Source: Saccostrea cucullata (lineage: Eukaryota). From it: a stretch of DNA of 64,000 nucleotides. The stretch lies in assembly GCF_032062105.1 (NCBI RefSeq), contig NW_026929220.1, forward strand, positions 62,001 to 126,000, in the 5' to 3' direction. Positions within the stretch are counted from its first letter, which is position 1; every line of letters starts with the position of its first letter. The translations under genes and the position numbers were made by a program. Of this stretch, positions 51,233-64,000 are shown one piece after another. The notes under the pieces were generated by a model. That model ran no database searches. It had not been told where the DNA came from and saw only the letters and a program-made list of their open reading frames with translations.

Positions 51233-52754
51233 TATTTCCATTTTTACTTTAAATAACTTAAAATAATTCGAAATACCGCCTAATTCAGTAGATTTGAAAT
51301 GCATGAGGCCCCATGATGTCAAATTTTACCATAAAAATAGTCCCATAAAAACACGAAACAAATTTATTGATTATTTAGTTACTGTAGTCAAATATCAACA
51401 TTTACAAAATAAACAACAAAAGAATTTTAAATTATGATCAAAGTAATCTTGTTAACATTAATTATATATGTGACCTAGATTTAAATTGTCGGAAGAACAA
51501 ACATATATAGGCCCTAGGTCACTTCTCCGCCACCATACTGAATGCATGTTGCAGTTGATGAAACGGGAGTTGGTCAGCATGGTCAGGAAACAGATTTGTG
51601 TGGATGTTAATATAGCAGAGGAAGTTGAGTTGCTTAAGAAGTCGGATGGTAATGACTGATGAGGGACGATGTCTGTATTAGATGATGGAGAGCAGATCTA
51701 AGTGGCAATGCCGATTTCTCCACGTGGTTCAGATGGGATGTTTACCATGTGTTTACGGAAGTGAAGTTTTAGGTCTCGCGAGGCCTCGGTGAAAGTGGAC
51801 AGCGTTGCGCTAGTGACTTGCTTTTGATCCGAAGAGGATTCATTATTTATTTTTTTTGTTAAAAGATATATCATATCTAATTACTTAGTAAACAATTAAA
51901 CAAAACATTTTTTTTTCTTCAGTGTATTTATACACCACACATATACATGCAGGTTGACATTTGACCTTTCAGTAGTATTTCAATAGAGAAATTTACATGC
52001 CACAGGAATCACGGAGAAATTAACAAGCTTCACTTACGTAGTGTTTATCATAGGGAAAACAATTGGAAATGGAAATATTAAAGTGTAATTTAAAGTGAAA
52101 TGTTAAGATACAATACCACTTATTTCCTGTACTTTATCCTCTGTTTTCGAAATTCGCATAGTATTATCTTCCACTGTTCCTACAAAATTTTCAAAAAATG
52201 TATATTTTACTCTTTCAGGATTTGGAATTTGGGTATACAACAACAAACAATACTTACACGGTAATGATTATGAAAACTGCATCATTCAAAACTTGAAGTC
52301 TTGCGGATATATTTTGTGTATATAAAAAGATGAAGGTAAGAATTAATAACGATACTAAAGATTGGATGAACATAACATGTATCAGTGAAATTTTACAAAA
52401 AAAATGAATTAAAAATTATGACAGATTTTAAGTCCTCAAAAGCAATTCTCATCTTTGTTTTATTTCAGTAACTGGTGTTGATGATGGATCTTGAAGTATT
52501 TTATATGTACAGGTTAATACGGTAAATCAATTTTTATTTGCAAGAACTTTAGTTTTGCGTAATTACTGTCTGCTCCCAAAAATTTCATTCTCGAGTATAT
52601 AAGTATTCTCAATAATTTATGGGACAATAACAGCAATTCGTAACTTGTCACGCTTATTAAGACTTGAGAACTCCCTCGCCAAGAAAATGTGTCGCAAAAA
52701 TATAGTGATCTACAGTCTTTATTACTAATTGTTAGTCCTCTGTTTTCGAAACTG

Positions 52755-52950
52755 TTGACGACAGATTTTTCCATTATTTCACGATTGTGACAAGGAGCAC
52801 ACGGCGGGTGTGACCGGTCAGCAGGGGATGCTCACTCCTCCATGGCACCTGATCCTCTGATGTTTCGGAGGTCCGTGTTTGCTCTGCTCCTATTTTGTAT
52901 TGTTTTATGGACTTTGAGATTGAATACTGTTCGTTATCTCCATATTTTTA
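52755..52950 (+). mobile_element. Penelope-like 3' tail
   Basis: Near-identical to 60270-60410 plus 61030-61080. Confidence 0.8.
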
Positions 52951-54048
52951 TCTTAACAGTTATTGTTTATTTAAAACTAAAGCCCTCACATAGGGCATGC
53001 TCCTTTCTCTGGAATTTTGTACGCCCCGTTTGAGAAACATGGGTAAATAGTGATGGGGATGTCCGTCTGTTAGACCCGTAGTTAACGGGGCACCCATCTC
53101 TAAACCACAACTCCTCTTATACATGTACCACCGAATGAAATAACAAGATACAGTTTCAGTACAAATTAAGCCATTCCTTTTTTTTTAAAAAAATATGAAC
53201 TGATATAAGAAGATACAATAAATTCTTTCTGAATCATAGGAATTCCATCCAGTAAGAACACACAAATCGTTTTTTGATCTCCTAAATGCTAATTGTAACG
53301 TCAAAGTTGCAGAGGATATCAATTTTCAGTGGAATTTTCTTTCAGAAAACATACTCTGCCACCGTCGCCCACTAAGATTTTGAGGTATTTGTTTTTATAT
53401 AGCAGTTTACATAATATATCAAAAAATGAAGTGGGTGACGATGACAGACAATATTTTTTAAAAGAAAATAAACATAGAAATGAGTCATTCTGAGGCTTTT
53501 TTGCATTAAACTTCCTTTAGCATTAATCCAGAATGCCCCCCCCCCCTTCATGCCATATTCTTTAATGATGTATCATATTCATCTACTCAACCATTTTTAA
53601 AGCCAATTTCATTATTTTTTAAGAACATTAATTTTTAGGGCACAATTAAAGCCCATACCGTACTTTCTTCTTTATTGAGACTTTCAGAGAATCCTTTTTA
53701 CACAGTACTCTAACGTTTTGATTGGACACATTTTTCTGCTTTCCAATAGCCAAACGTAGACACTGCAATTTTCTCTATAATATTTAAGGGTATTATCTCT
53801 TATCTACCTCTTTACCACAAAATGAAATCTTTATCTGTAAAGATTCTTTCTCATAAAGTATTATAGTACACTTCCTATTTCACTTATTTCTGACACTTTT
53901 TTCAAGTCTCCAAGACCAAAACAAGGACTTTGTCATTGAAATAATATGGTAGGCAGGAGGAGTGAGCTCGGTGCTTACAGCGCCTCCATTTTGGATAGAT
54001 ATCAAGAACTTTTATTGAAAATTGCTAAATAAAATTATGATAACTTAC

Positions 54049-54664
54049 TTTCAAGCTCGACAAGCATTTCCCTTGTCTTTCTATCATTTTCAAATTGTTT
54101 TCTCAGTTCCTCTTGATAATGTAGGTCCCATATAGGATCCATTGTTTCATAAAGGAGAAAATCGACATCTTTTGCATAATCAGTAATGAATGCGTTGTCT
54201 AGATTTTTAATTGCCAGTCTTAGTGTCTTCCAGATAGACGAAAACTCTGAATTGGAGAGAAGCGAACTTGAAGAATGCCCGCATTGATTCCTGGCTAAAT
54301 GGATCCTTTCTATATTAGCAGAGACAAACCTGTCAGAAGGATCTGGATTTTTACCCCATCCTCTAGAGGGAGGTGGCAGGCTACAGATATTTCGCAATAT
54401 TGTGTACAAAAGCGAAATGTCCATATCATCATAATTTCCAGTATATTGTCCACAATTTGGTAAAACAAGGTCTCTCTGATTTGGTAATAAACGAGGAGAA
54501 TTTCCTGTTCTAATACTTTGTTGCAGGGTGTGAGTTAATGTCGAAGGAGGAACTTTATTGCGTAGAACATCACGGAATTCATCTGTACACGGACCTAGGA
54601 GAAGTCGGCATACTCTGCTGGCATTTGTCGTCTCCTCTGTCGATAAGTATGCGCAGGTGGCCAT
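54049..54664 (-). CDS. Intact DZIP3-like HEPN domain exon of the HEPN-STAND-ANK gene
   Basis: ORF 54035-54664; acceptor TTTTACCTGCAG upstream (exon starts 54678); donor GAA A|GTAAGT at 54049/54048. Confidence 0.8.
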
Positions 54665-57507
54665 TGTTTGTAGATCTCCTGCAGGTAAAAAAATATTTTA
54701 TGCCTATAACAAGCATTTTCTTCAACGTTTTGAAACTTTTGTCTTCATGAATACATGTACATGGTTTTCCAATATTTTGACTTCATGAATACATAATTTT
54801 TAAAATTGCTATTGTTAATATTAATTCACCATTTTGTAAACAGAAATTCAAGTTGTAAAAGTAATAAAGAAATCAGCAAAAAACAAAAGAGCAAAATAGA
54901 CACCCACTGGAAATGATTTTTTTTACTATCAATCGAATGTATTATTAATTGTAAAAACATAGGATGAACTTTCTTTCTCATGATTTCAGCTTGCATTGGG
55001 CAGATGATCTGAATGACACTTGATAAATTCGTGAAACATGAAGATAAAAATAAGTTACTGAGCCCAAAACGTCCATTGTAACAATACTAATATCCAGAAG
55101 AGCAAACATGAACATCTGAAAACCTCAGGTTGAATTAGGTGTCATGGACAAGTAAGCTTTCTCTTAAGACCTGTCAAACTCTTCGTGTGTTTATTGGCTA
55201 TCTCATACGCAGTTCTACGGTACATTGTCACAGAGAGAGGCGATTTCTGTATTTGAACAGGCTTGTTATATGGATTGAAATAAGGTAAGTTGACAATTTG
55301 ATATATAACACGATGTGGAGAAACCGGACAATAGATTTTTCTCTTGATTTTGAGTTGATCGAAGGGATAGTTTGCTGTTACCGGGGTAAGTAAGAATATC
55401 AAAATAAACACATGCCAATATTCACGTGTTTTTTCACAATAGATATTCATACTTGTTGCTAGCATTCGTAAAGCAGCTTTAAAAGATCACGCATCTTTCA
55501 TGCTACACTTTTATTTCGGTAAACATACATTTCCTCCGACTATACGTCAAGATGATTCAATATGCATCACCTAATAATCACTGAAAAATAATTAAAAATT
55601 TCACCTTACTCACAACATAAATTCAATAATGCAAAAAAAAGGCCGAGACCTCCTGATAGCAATATACATATGCATTTACCAGTATTGCTAAAGTGTATTG
55701 ATAAATACTGGTATCAAACAACATTCATTGACTATGTGAATAAAGCATGTAAAATTAATCGCATAAAGATTAAGATCCGGTAATTGTTTTATAAGTATGC
55801 TTTAATTATTGTTTGGTATTTCATAAACAATAGAATTCAAAATGTTCAATACCCTACAGATCCAAGTTAGAAAAAAATAAGAGGTTGTCAAATCCAAAAA
55901 AGGAAAAAATGAAACCGTGAAGAAAGGGATCGATGTGAAATTTCCGGAAGAAAACTTACTAAATACATGTATTATACTCAAAAAAAAATCGGGAGCCGGG
56001 ACCCTTGTTAACCTACCCCCCCCCCCCCCCACTCCCACCCCTGGTTTTCCATTTATGTGTAAGGTTGGAAAAAAAATAAATAAAAAACACTTACTCAGAC
56101 AAACATTAAAAAGATCTATGCATAAATACAAATGTTAGAAGTAGATTAATGTAGGTCATAAATAAAATGACTTGTTCCCGAAAAAGAATATGCAAATGAG
56201 AGTCAAAAAAGCAGACCACATCTCTGCAAGAGGAATGGAGGAAGACGTGAGTATTTTAAGAAAAATACATGTATTTGTAACAAAATGTAAATTCAAATTG
56301 AAATCAAAGGAAACATTACCCACCTTTCTTTTACTGAGTTGATATCGGCTATGTCTCAATTCAAGGGCATTGCCTACTGAGCTGAAGCAAGCTTCCTTAT
56401 AATTAATATTAACCAAAGAATGTAGAAATAAAGGGTAGCTGTTCAATATTTTAACAAAGAAGTATCGTCTAAAGTAATATAAAAGCATTTTCATTGATAA
56501 ATTTCCCTATCTGTGTTTAGTCAGGTAATTTTTCTACTGTAGGTATAGTATATAATTTCCTTTTACCTTCCAATAGGGAATCAAAGTAAATAAAATGTCT
56601 CTAGAAACTGAAATTGTTTATTGTGTTTCTTTTTTTCGTCCTTCAAGTTAACACAATAGGGGCGTTGAATACAAAGTTATAGTCTAAATTTAAAACCTAT
56701 CATATGATGTGAACGTCTGGTATGACATTTGAAAAAAAAATATTGCAAACGTACAAACGAGATATTTCATCAAACAATAAATCTAATACTTTTCATACGG
56801 TAAATTTTCTACATTTTTACATGTAGCACTTTTGAAATGCATGAAAATCAATAAAAAAAAATAATAAATTTACATGGCATTTATAGCTATTTAATTTTTT
56901 ATGCATTTTACAGTCAACTTTTCAAACAGAAATATCATTAAATTCCGCTAGAATTATTACAATCCCAAGTTTTTAAAAAGTCGTTACAATTGCCTTGCTT
57001 ATATTACAAACTCTTCCTTAGCTCTTTGTATTGACTGAGCACTTCAAGACAATTAAATACCTTTGTTCGTGTAATGAATTTGACTACGTCATGTTCCGCT
57101 TTCCTAACCATACGTCTGAAAGCGGATGTGACCGCGGCTAATGGGGGATACTTATTCCCCCTAGGTAACTGATCTTCCGTCCGATTTCCTAGTATTCCGC
57201 GATATAAGCCATTCTCCAGAGCTTGTATGGTTGTTGTGTTCTTTTATAGATTAAAATGAATGAATATTAAAATATTTTTTTTTTACAATTTTCTTGTGTT
57301 CTTGTTATAGACTACAATACGAAAAAATTAAAATGACTCCAGTCTGTTTACGTTGTACCCTAATGAATATTAAAATATTTTTTTTTCTCTCTTATAATGT
57401 ATAGTGGGGTAAAATTTTCTACACATGATGAATAAGTGTAATCATTATAATTTGCTGTGGTTTTCCTAATAGAGGTAATACATACTCGTAAAATTCAAGT
57501 TTAGTAG

Positions 57508-57510
<3 letters not shown>

Positions 57511-57565
<55 letters not shown>
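57511..57565. repeat. (AT)n microsatellite
   Basis: About 27 AT units. Confidence 0.95.
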
Positions 57566-57570
<5 letters not shown>

Positions 57571-59744
57571 TATATTGCTTTGTTTATAAAACCTTGGTAC
57601 GTCACGTCTTTTAGGATTCTATTTGTTACGATGAAATGGATAAATTTCAAATATTACATTCGGGATATTAAATGTGCAATCTCTAGTATGAACTAGACCA
57701 ATAAAACAATCAAGGAGGATTTTTTGTGAGCGACATTTTTATCATGCTGCATTAATTACATTTTTATAGATTTGAATTAGAATTTATTCAATTTATTTAA
57801 AATATGTTTTATATAAAGAAATAATAACAGAAAATTGAAGTGTAATTGAAGCTAATGTATAACTGTTATCTATAAAATGATTGTGTAGAAATGTATTGCA
57901 TTCAATGAGCTCTTCATAATGATAAGCTATTCATTATTTTTTGATAACCCTAACAAGTAAAAACTATAGTTATCAATATAGTTAACTATAGTTAACTATA
58001 GTAAAAGAAAATTCAAATGTTTTAACTTTTAAAGAAATCAAAGTTTTAAAGTTTTTACTGAGTTAAATAAAAGTTCCAACGTTTTTTCGCTATAATAGAT
58101 CAAAGTTCATGAAAATCATGATATTCTTTTTTAAAACCTTCGATATTTTAAATTTCACGCAATAACTTATGGTTTTTATCTGTTCTTTTACTCTAGAATA
58201 AGGGAGTGAAAGGTTCTTGATTGACCAATGCTAGAAAGTGAAGAAATTCTCCCCAAAACTACGCAAATATTGCGCCTTAAATTGCACCTTTTTGCATTTC
58301 GGGATCTGTAGTGTTATTGTAAAAGACAAATATATAAATTCATAACACTACAGATCTGCAACTGGGAAAAATCTTAATTCAAACATGACATCTTACTGTA
58401 AATACTTGGAAAAAGGGAAAAAAAAATAATCAAACTCATTTCAAAAAAAGTCACAAAATATAGTTCATTGCTTATATGTTGCTTTTTTTAAATTTTAATC
58501 GTAGTTATATGATAGAGTGTAGTCTAATTCGCATTTAAGAATCCAACTTTATTGCAAAAGAAAATAAATGTAAAATTCTAGAAACAGAGTCCAGACAAAA
58601 TTCTGCTCAAAAACTAAGGATCGAAACTTCTTAACTTGTTGAGCCACGTTTAAAGATATATCTTGATGACTTTGTGTACTTAAAGCAATGTTTTCCTTCT
58701 TTCCTTGCTTTTCATTTAAAAAGACCTTTTTGTCATTGTATACATATCCTTAAGAGATATTGTGACACTAGTTATCAGAAAAACAAAAACAAAAAACATT
58801 TGCCTCCGATGATGTTTACTGCTCATTTTCTTGGTTATGCATCGGTTATAAAACGATGATCAACATCTGGAAGTCATTCCTCAAACATAGCCATAGGTAC
58901 CGACTATTGCTTTATATTATTTCAGAGAACCCGCTGTTAAACAGTTAGCTTGGGGAACCGATTTAACATTCATTTACAGTTTTGATAGGTAATTCGTTCT
59001 TGATTTATATTGTCTTGGCATATTTTTTTCATTTTGCATGGTTTGTATATTATTTATTTATTTATTTTTTTTTGAGAATTTAAGTTTGTTAAATATAGAG
59101 TTTAACATGGAACTAAAGAACAAAAACAATCTATCGAATTATTGTAGAAATATGGTACAGAGTTTTTTTTTTTTCTTTGGCGGGTGTAGAATTTGGTGTT
59201 TGGCCTCCTCAAAGGTACATGTTTGCCTATAATTTCCGCCTAATTTTTGTTAGAGGACAAAAGGTATCAGGCCTTTGCGGATGAAATTTAAAAATAGCAC
59301 TGACTATTTGAGCAGTTCAAATCTTAACGCACTTCCATCAAATTAATTGCTAAGATAAGCCAAAATTAGCTACCCTCTAAAATACACCGCTATACTGTAC
59401 ATGGTTATAAGACTTCGTGAACCAGGTTGCAGACTCTAAATCTATCTGAAAGCTTTGATTACGTCAGTCCCTTTTATTTTCCCACTACTCGGTCTAGATT
59501 TAAATTTTTAATTAAACCTTTCCCCCGCCATAACTATTTTTGAATGACTTCAACATCAAACAGTAAAAATTTAAGTAAAATTTAGCCTTAACTCAGAATT
59601 AATGTTACAAAGGTTAAAATGTGTGTTTCACTAAAAAATTGCTTAAAATATTTGACGCCCTTAAGGTGCAGGAAAAATAGGAGGGTTTCTAAAACAATCG
59701 TGGACAATGACATTTTTGTGAAAATAAATGGGTGTATATATCAT

Positions 59745-60415
59745 TTCAGCTCCTTCAACTCGACATTTAGATATATCGTCGACGTATTGTCAATTAATAA
59801 TGGTAATTTCCATTCCTACTTCGATACGATATATCCCGGTGAGCTTGAGATATAAGATACCACAGAGTCCGACACTTCTGTTTCATACTTTGATATTTTA
59901 CTTGAAAAAGACACTAATGGTAATCTAACAGCCAAACTATATGATAACCGTGATGACTTTAACTTTTCTATCGTCAACTTCCGTTACTTATGCAGCAATA
60001 AACCTTCATCACTTGCATACGGAGTATATATAATCTCAGTTGATTCGTTACGCAAGAGCATGCTCTACGTATGAGCAATCTCTGAAACGAGGTAAATATT
60101 TACAAGCAAGTTGATGAAACAAGAATATCAGCAGTCTCGTTTAAAGTTATCATTTAGTAAGTTCTATTGTCGATACAATGACCTTGTCAGCAAATACAAT
60201 TTATCATTGAGTCAAATGCTGACTGACGTTTTTCATACCAATTGTTAGGCCATTATTTATACATTGAATTGACGACGGATTTTTTCCGTTATTTCCTGAT
60301 CATGACAAGGAGCACACGGCGGGTGTGACCAGTCGGCAGGGGTTGCTCAATCAACCATGGCACCTGATCCCACCTCCGATGTTTCGGGGGTCCGTGTTTG
60401 CTCTGCTCTTATTGC
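59745..60415 (+). mobile_element. 5'-truncated Penelope-like RT C-terminus plus tail
   Basis: SFNSTFRYIVDVLSINN (YxDD site degenerate), YPGELEI*DTTES, DDFNFSIVNF, LIRYARACSTYEQ; the tail continues at ~61030-61085. Confidence 0.8.
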
Positions 60416-61469
60416 AGCCCGGAGGACCGGGCTGCTCTATACATATAAGTTTAAGTGTTGGTATATGGGGATTTGGGTGGGAGTAGTCATTCAGAATTAA
60501 TGGTTTTCTAAACATTGAAAAGTTTGTTATTCAGAATGTTTCTTCCCTTTAAAAATTACGAGATACATAATATATTTACTTCCATAAAGTGAATCTGTTA
60601 AAATATATATGTTTTTCATATTTAATATGTAAAGTTGCTTATCATTCAACATTGAAAAAACGACAGGTCCCCTTTTTTAGAATATCGAATTTTTCTTCTC
60701 GCATAAAAACGTACTATGAACAGTTTGTGTTTTATATTCTAAAACTGTTAAACACATTTTTGAATATAGGTGATGCATGTGTCTAACTTCAATTTATATT
60801 TTATGCAGCCATCATTTACTTGAGGAATTGATCAAGTTAAAATTGGTATCGTTTTCGTTTGATTTTTATCCGACTATAAGTTTTCAAAATATTCGCGACT
60901 ATCGTCTTCATCAATTAGACGCATGCCTTTTCACATATATCGAAGGGTTTGATGATCCAAGACTCATTTCCATTGTTTACTTTATAAATTTCCCGGGCGA
61001 CAATTGATGGTTACATCAATGTTTTCTTGTTTTGTATTGTTTTATGGACTTTGAGATTGAATACTGTTCGTTATCTCCTTGTCCTTCTTTACTCAGAAAA
61101 GCCTTGGCACGGAAATACATGTATGGTTATTTCAACCGGGTACGATGTAATTAATTCATCCTGTAAGTAGTAGTTTTATCTTCTAAAGTCCACATTATTT
61201 TATTAGTTAAAAGAATAAGCATTTTTACTATATAAGTAGATTAATTTTATATTTAAACTACACGCGTTTGGTAACAAATACATATGTTTTACGGCAATTA
61301 AAATCATGTTATTAAAATATCGATTTGAGATATTGGTATGTGCAGAAAAAAAGATTTGTTATTTATTTATTTATCTATTGTTTATTTATATTTTAGCACC
61401 TGAAATTAGAATTTTAAAACAATAGAATAATTTCAATGCAAGGAAAAGATCGGAGGCATTCCGAATAAA

Positions 61470-61665
61470 TCGTTCATCTTGCGTTCACCGTTCGTTCACT
61501 GTTCACTTTGCGTTCGTGTTCCCCCTTTCATTCGAGTTCTGCGTTCACTCACTGTTCACCTTTCACACATCGTTCACCAAGTTGCGTTCAGGTTCGGACA
61601 TCGTTCACTCACCGTTCGCTCTGCGTTTGTTCACCGTTCGTTCAGGGTTCCTTTACCGTTCAGGT
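61470..61665. repeat. (CGTTCAC/CGTT)-rich minisatellite-like low-complexity tract
   Basis: Repeated CGTTCAC, GTTCAC and CGTT units. Confidence 0.7.
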
Positions 61666-62699
61666 GGGAAAGTAGAACGATTTAGGAACTATAATTGTTC
61701 GGAGGTCATAAACAAATTTTAATATCGTAAGAGCATATTCTAAGTAATGAGGCTCGTCTTGAAATACATGTATGTCTGACATTTTATGTATTTTATTGAT
61801 AAAGTTATATAAATCATGAAAGCAGCAACACTTTTCAAGATAAGAACTATTGTCTTTAGCTGTATTCCAAAAAAACGAAAAATACTCTCAAGATTTGTTA
61901 AGTGCAGACTTATGTATCAACAAGGAAACACGATATGGATATCAACGATATCAACCCAGTAAATAAAACAAAAATTAAATATTGGCATTAACTAAGTTTA
62001 CAGATTGGTATTAATGGTCAATTAAACATTTGTCAATAACATTCTACTACATGTGAATGATAAAATACATTTTTCACTGTGGAAAAATAAATTAACCCGC
62101 CTCTCAAGGCATCTAAAACTTTGTATTTTGATGTCTCTTCGACAAGTGCTTTGCAATCAATACCTTGGTTATATTTTGCTGTAGGAGGACTAAAGATCCC
62201 ATATTTTTGGGGTCGGGTTGTCTTGTCCCTGAGGATGTGTGACCCAAGGGGCATCCCCGGGTGAGCCCCCAGAAGTGTGTTTTTACATCGTGCACCAGGT
62301 CCATGTCGGTATGTCACGAGCGCCAAAACCTACTACATGGGGCAGTGCGGCGGAGCAACAGCTCGCTGCCGGGGCAACTGCGGTCGACACGTCGGCCGAA
62401 AGATCTAAAAGCAAAACTTTTTCTCAAAGAACCGGTATTAGCAGGGCACAGGTTACGGTCAAACACCGCCTGGTTTTTGTCTCGAGAAAATTACTTGCAG
62501 AAGTAAATTACAATAAGTATTATCAAGTTTTGTAATTTACATATATTCTTGTTTTCATATTTACCAAAAAGTATAGCTAGAATGCAATTTTCATTCATAA
62601 TTATATTCATCACTTAAAACAGATGATGAAACAGAAAACATTTTCCTTATCATTTATGAGTAGAAATATGAATGGAAATGATATTGAATTGTGATATAA

Positions 62700-63010
62700 T
62701 ATAATTTTTAAAAAATGAAAGTGATAATGCAGTAAAAGAAATGACAAATAATAAAATCTGATGAATTAACAGTAGAATTTTATAAAGCTTTTTTTGCCAC
62801 AGTTGAGTGGAATATTATTTAAAGTACACAGAGATGTTGAAGAATGTGGTAATCTATCTTTCACTTTCAATAAAAATGGGTCTTATAATACTTATATAAA
62901 AATAGTGATAAAATGTTAAAGATTAACCTATAAATTGACCTATAAGTCTTCTAAACGTCGACTACAAGATAATAGCAAGGGTAATGTCAAATACATGTAG
63001 AGTAAAAAAA
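62700..63010 (+). mobile_element. L1/Tx1-type LINE ORF2 RT remnant
   Basis: NAVKEMTNNK..DELTVEFYKAF, KMGLIILI and PISLLNVDYKIIARVMSN across frameshifts. Confidence 0.75.
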
Positions 63011-64000
63011 TGTTTTATTCTATTATTCTATTCTGTGAATTAGCTTGTTTATTTACATAATTGCAAGACAAAATAAAGAAAAAGAAGAAAAAATGGACAT
63101 GGTGTAAGTTTGAAAATTCCAAACGTAATTTGTCACTTTTTCGGGGTTAATCGTGTTTAAGTTTTAAACAAGGTTCCAAAGTATTTCAATTTATTTTTTA
63201 GAAATATTTGAAATATTTTATTTATTTTGTTAAAATCCCTCATATCATTTTTTTTAAATGCCCATTACTTTAAATTTCTCTTTAAAGTTTACTGTTATAA
63301 AATATTGAAATGATAACCAACAAAGTTAAAAATAAAATCAAATGTTTTTTTATTTAAACTTACAAAAATAGACTAAAGAAAAACTAAAACAGCATTTTCT
63401 TGAGAATAGCTGGTTGGATCCTCTTCAATATCTGAAAAGATATATAATATCAAGGGGTAAAAACAATGAAAAAAAGAAATTGAAAAAAATTGAAAAACTG
63501 TCAAAAATTTATAAACATCACAAGAATTCAGGTGTGAGAGATCCGCTTTAAGAGTGGACTCAAATATCTTGGTACTGTTTTTTTATTTTTTTTTTTTTTT
63601 TTTTTTATTTTTTTTTTTTTTTTTTTTTTATAAACTTCAATTAAACTCTACTTGCACAAGTATTAAACAAATGTCACGCAAGGACATTGAAAGAAGTTCG
63701 TATTGTACATGTATTGTTTGTCAATTAGTTTAAGCGAAAATCATCGCGTTTCCAGTCAATCAGGTCCAGGAAAATCACTAGATCCACCTATATAGCTAAA
63801 TATAGCTATCTAGGTATTTAAACCTATCACATATAGCTTAATCTACCTATTTGCGGAATTCACGTGCGTTTTTTGGTGACAGATTTTCACGAGGAAATTG
63901 TCGCATTATGGTAAGTAGTTCTTTGTTTCTACTGGATATGTAATAGTTTTCGTTCAAAATTTTTACATATATAAATACCGCGTTAATGAATACAAAATAG

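Larger units (their letters stand above)
46476..54664 (-). pseudogene. DZIP3-like HEPN + nSTAND3-type P-loop NTPase + ankyrin-repeat gene, disabled
   Basis: Exon 54664-54049 (MATCAYLSTEETTNASRVCRLLLGPCTD...DISLLYTILRNIC...WG..P...IERIHLARNQCGH, HEPN R-x4-H); 48-nt exon 49931-49884 (DIVSFRHSRIPTSVK); long exon from 49124 with Walker A GVSGSGKS, Walker B VFVIDD, FIHDSIFE, ankyrin repeats (PLVMASKEG, TPLTAACRGGH, TPIMIAS) and C-terminal segment 46955-46476. Lesions: 1-nt frameshift at ~48612, in-frame TAA at 48361-48359, stop plus frameshift at 47098-46956. Confidence 0.82.

Noticed and set aside
51645-51690. CTGATGAG hammerhead-like core
   Set aside because: No GAAA after the putative stem II and no closing stems.
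53659-53774. Candidate extra exon of the HEPN-STAND gene on the - strand
   Set aside because: 116 nt (frame-breaking) with stops; 54049 joins 49931 in frame without it.
55802-56494. ORFs of 73-112 aa
   Set aside because: Low-complexity AT-rich or poly-C/G derived sequence with no motifs or splice support.

Overview
AT-rich, intron-rich eukaryotic DNA, most likely from an oyster or other bivalve (inferred from the repeat families and the HEPN-STAND-ankyrin gene type). The ORF track misses the main content. From 0.6 to 37.9 kb on the + strand lies a tandem cluster of spliced genes for secreted polyprotein precursors: the 3' part of gene 1, complete genes 2 and 3, and two pseudogene relics. Each precursor has a 16-aa signal peptide (seen in genes 2 and 3), then repeated ~75-82-aa units released at Lys-Arg sites. 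Every unit carries an acidic, His-rich C-x3-C-x13/14-C-P-x2-C domain and is encoded by a phase-symmetric two-exon cassette (154/157-nt domain exon plus 68-92-nt KR-linker exon). I cannot assign the family to any protein I know. Gene 3 has two adjacent, frame-incompatible first-domain exons, which look mutually exclusive. At 46.5-54.7 kb on the - strand is a disabled DZIP3-like HEPN + nSTAND3-type NTPase + ankyrin gene. The rest is transposon-derived: Penelope-like RT fragments, Helentron/HINE elements with ~168-bp satellite arrays, Tc1/mariner remnants and MITEs, SINE fragments, an L1/Tx1 remnant and long hairpin elements.
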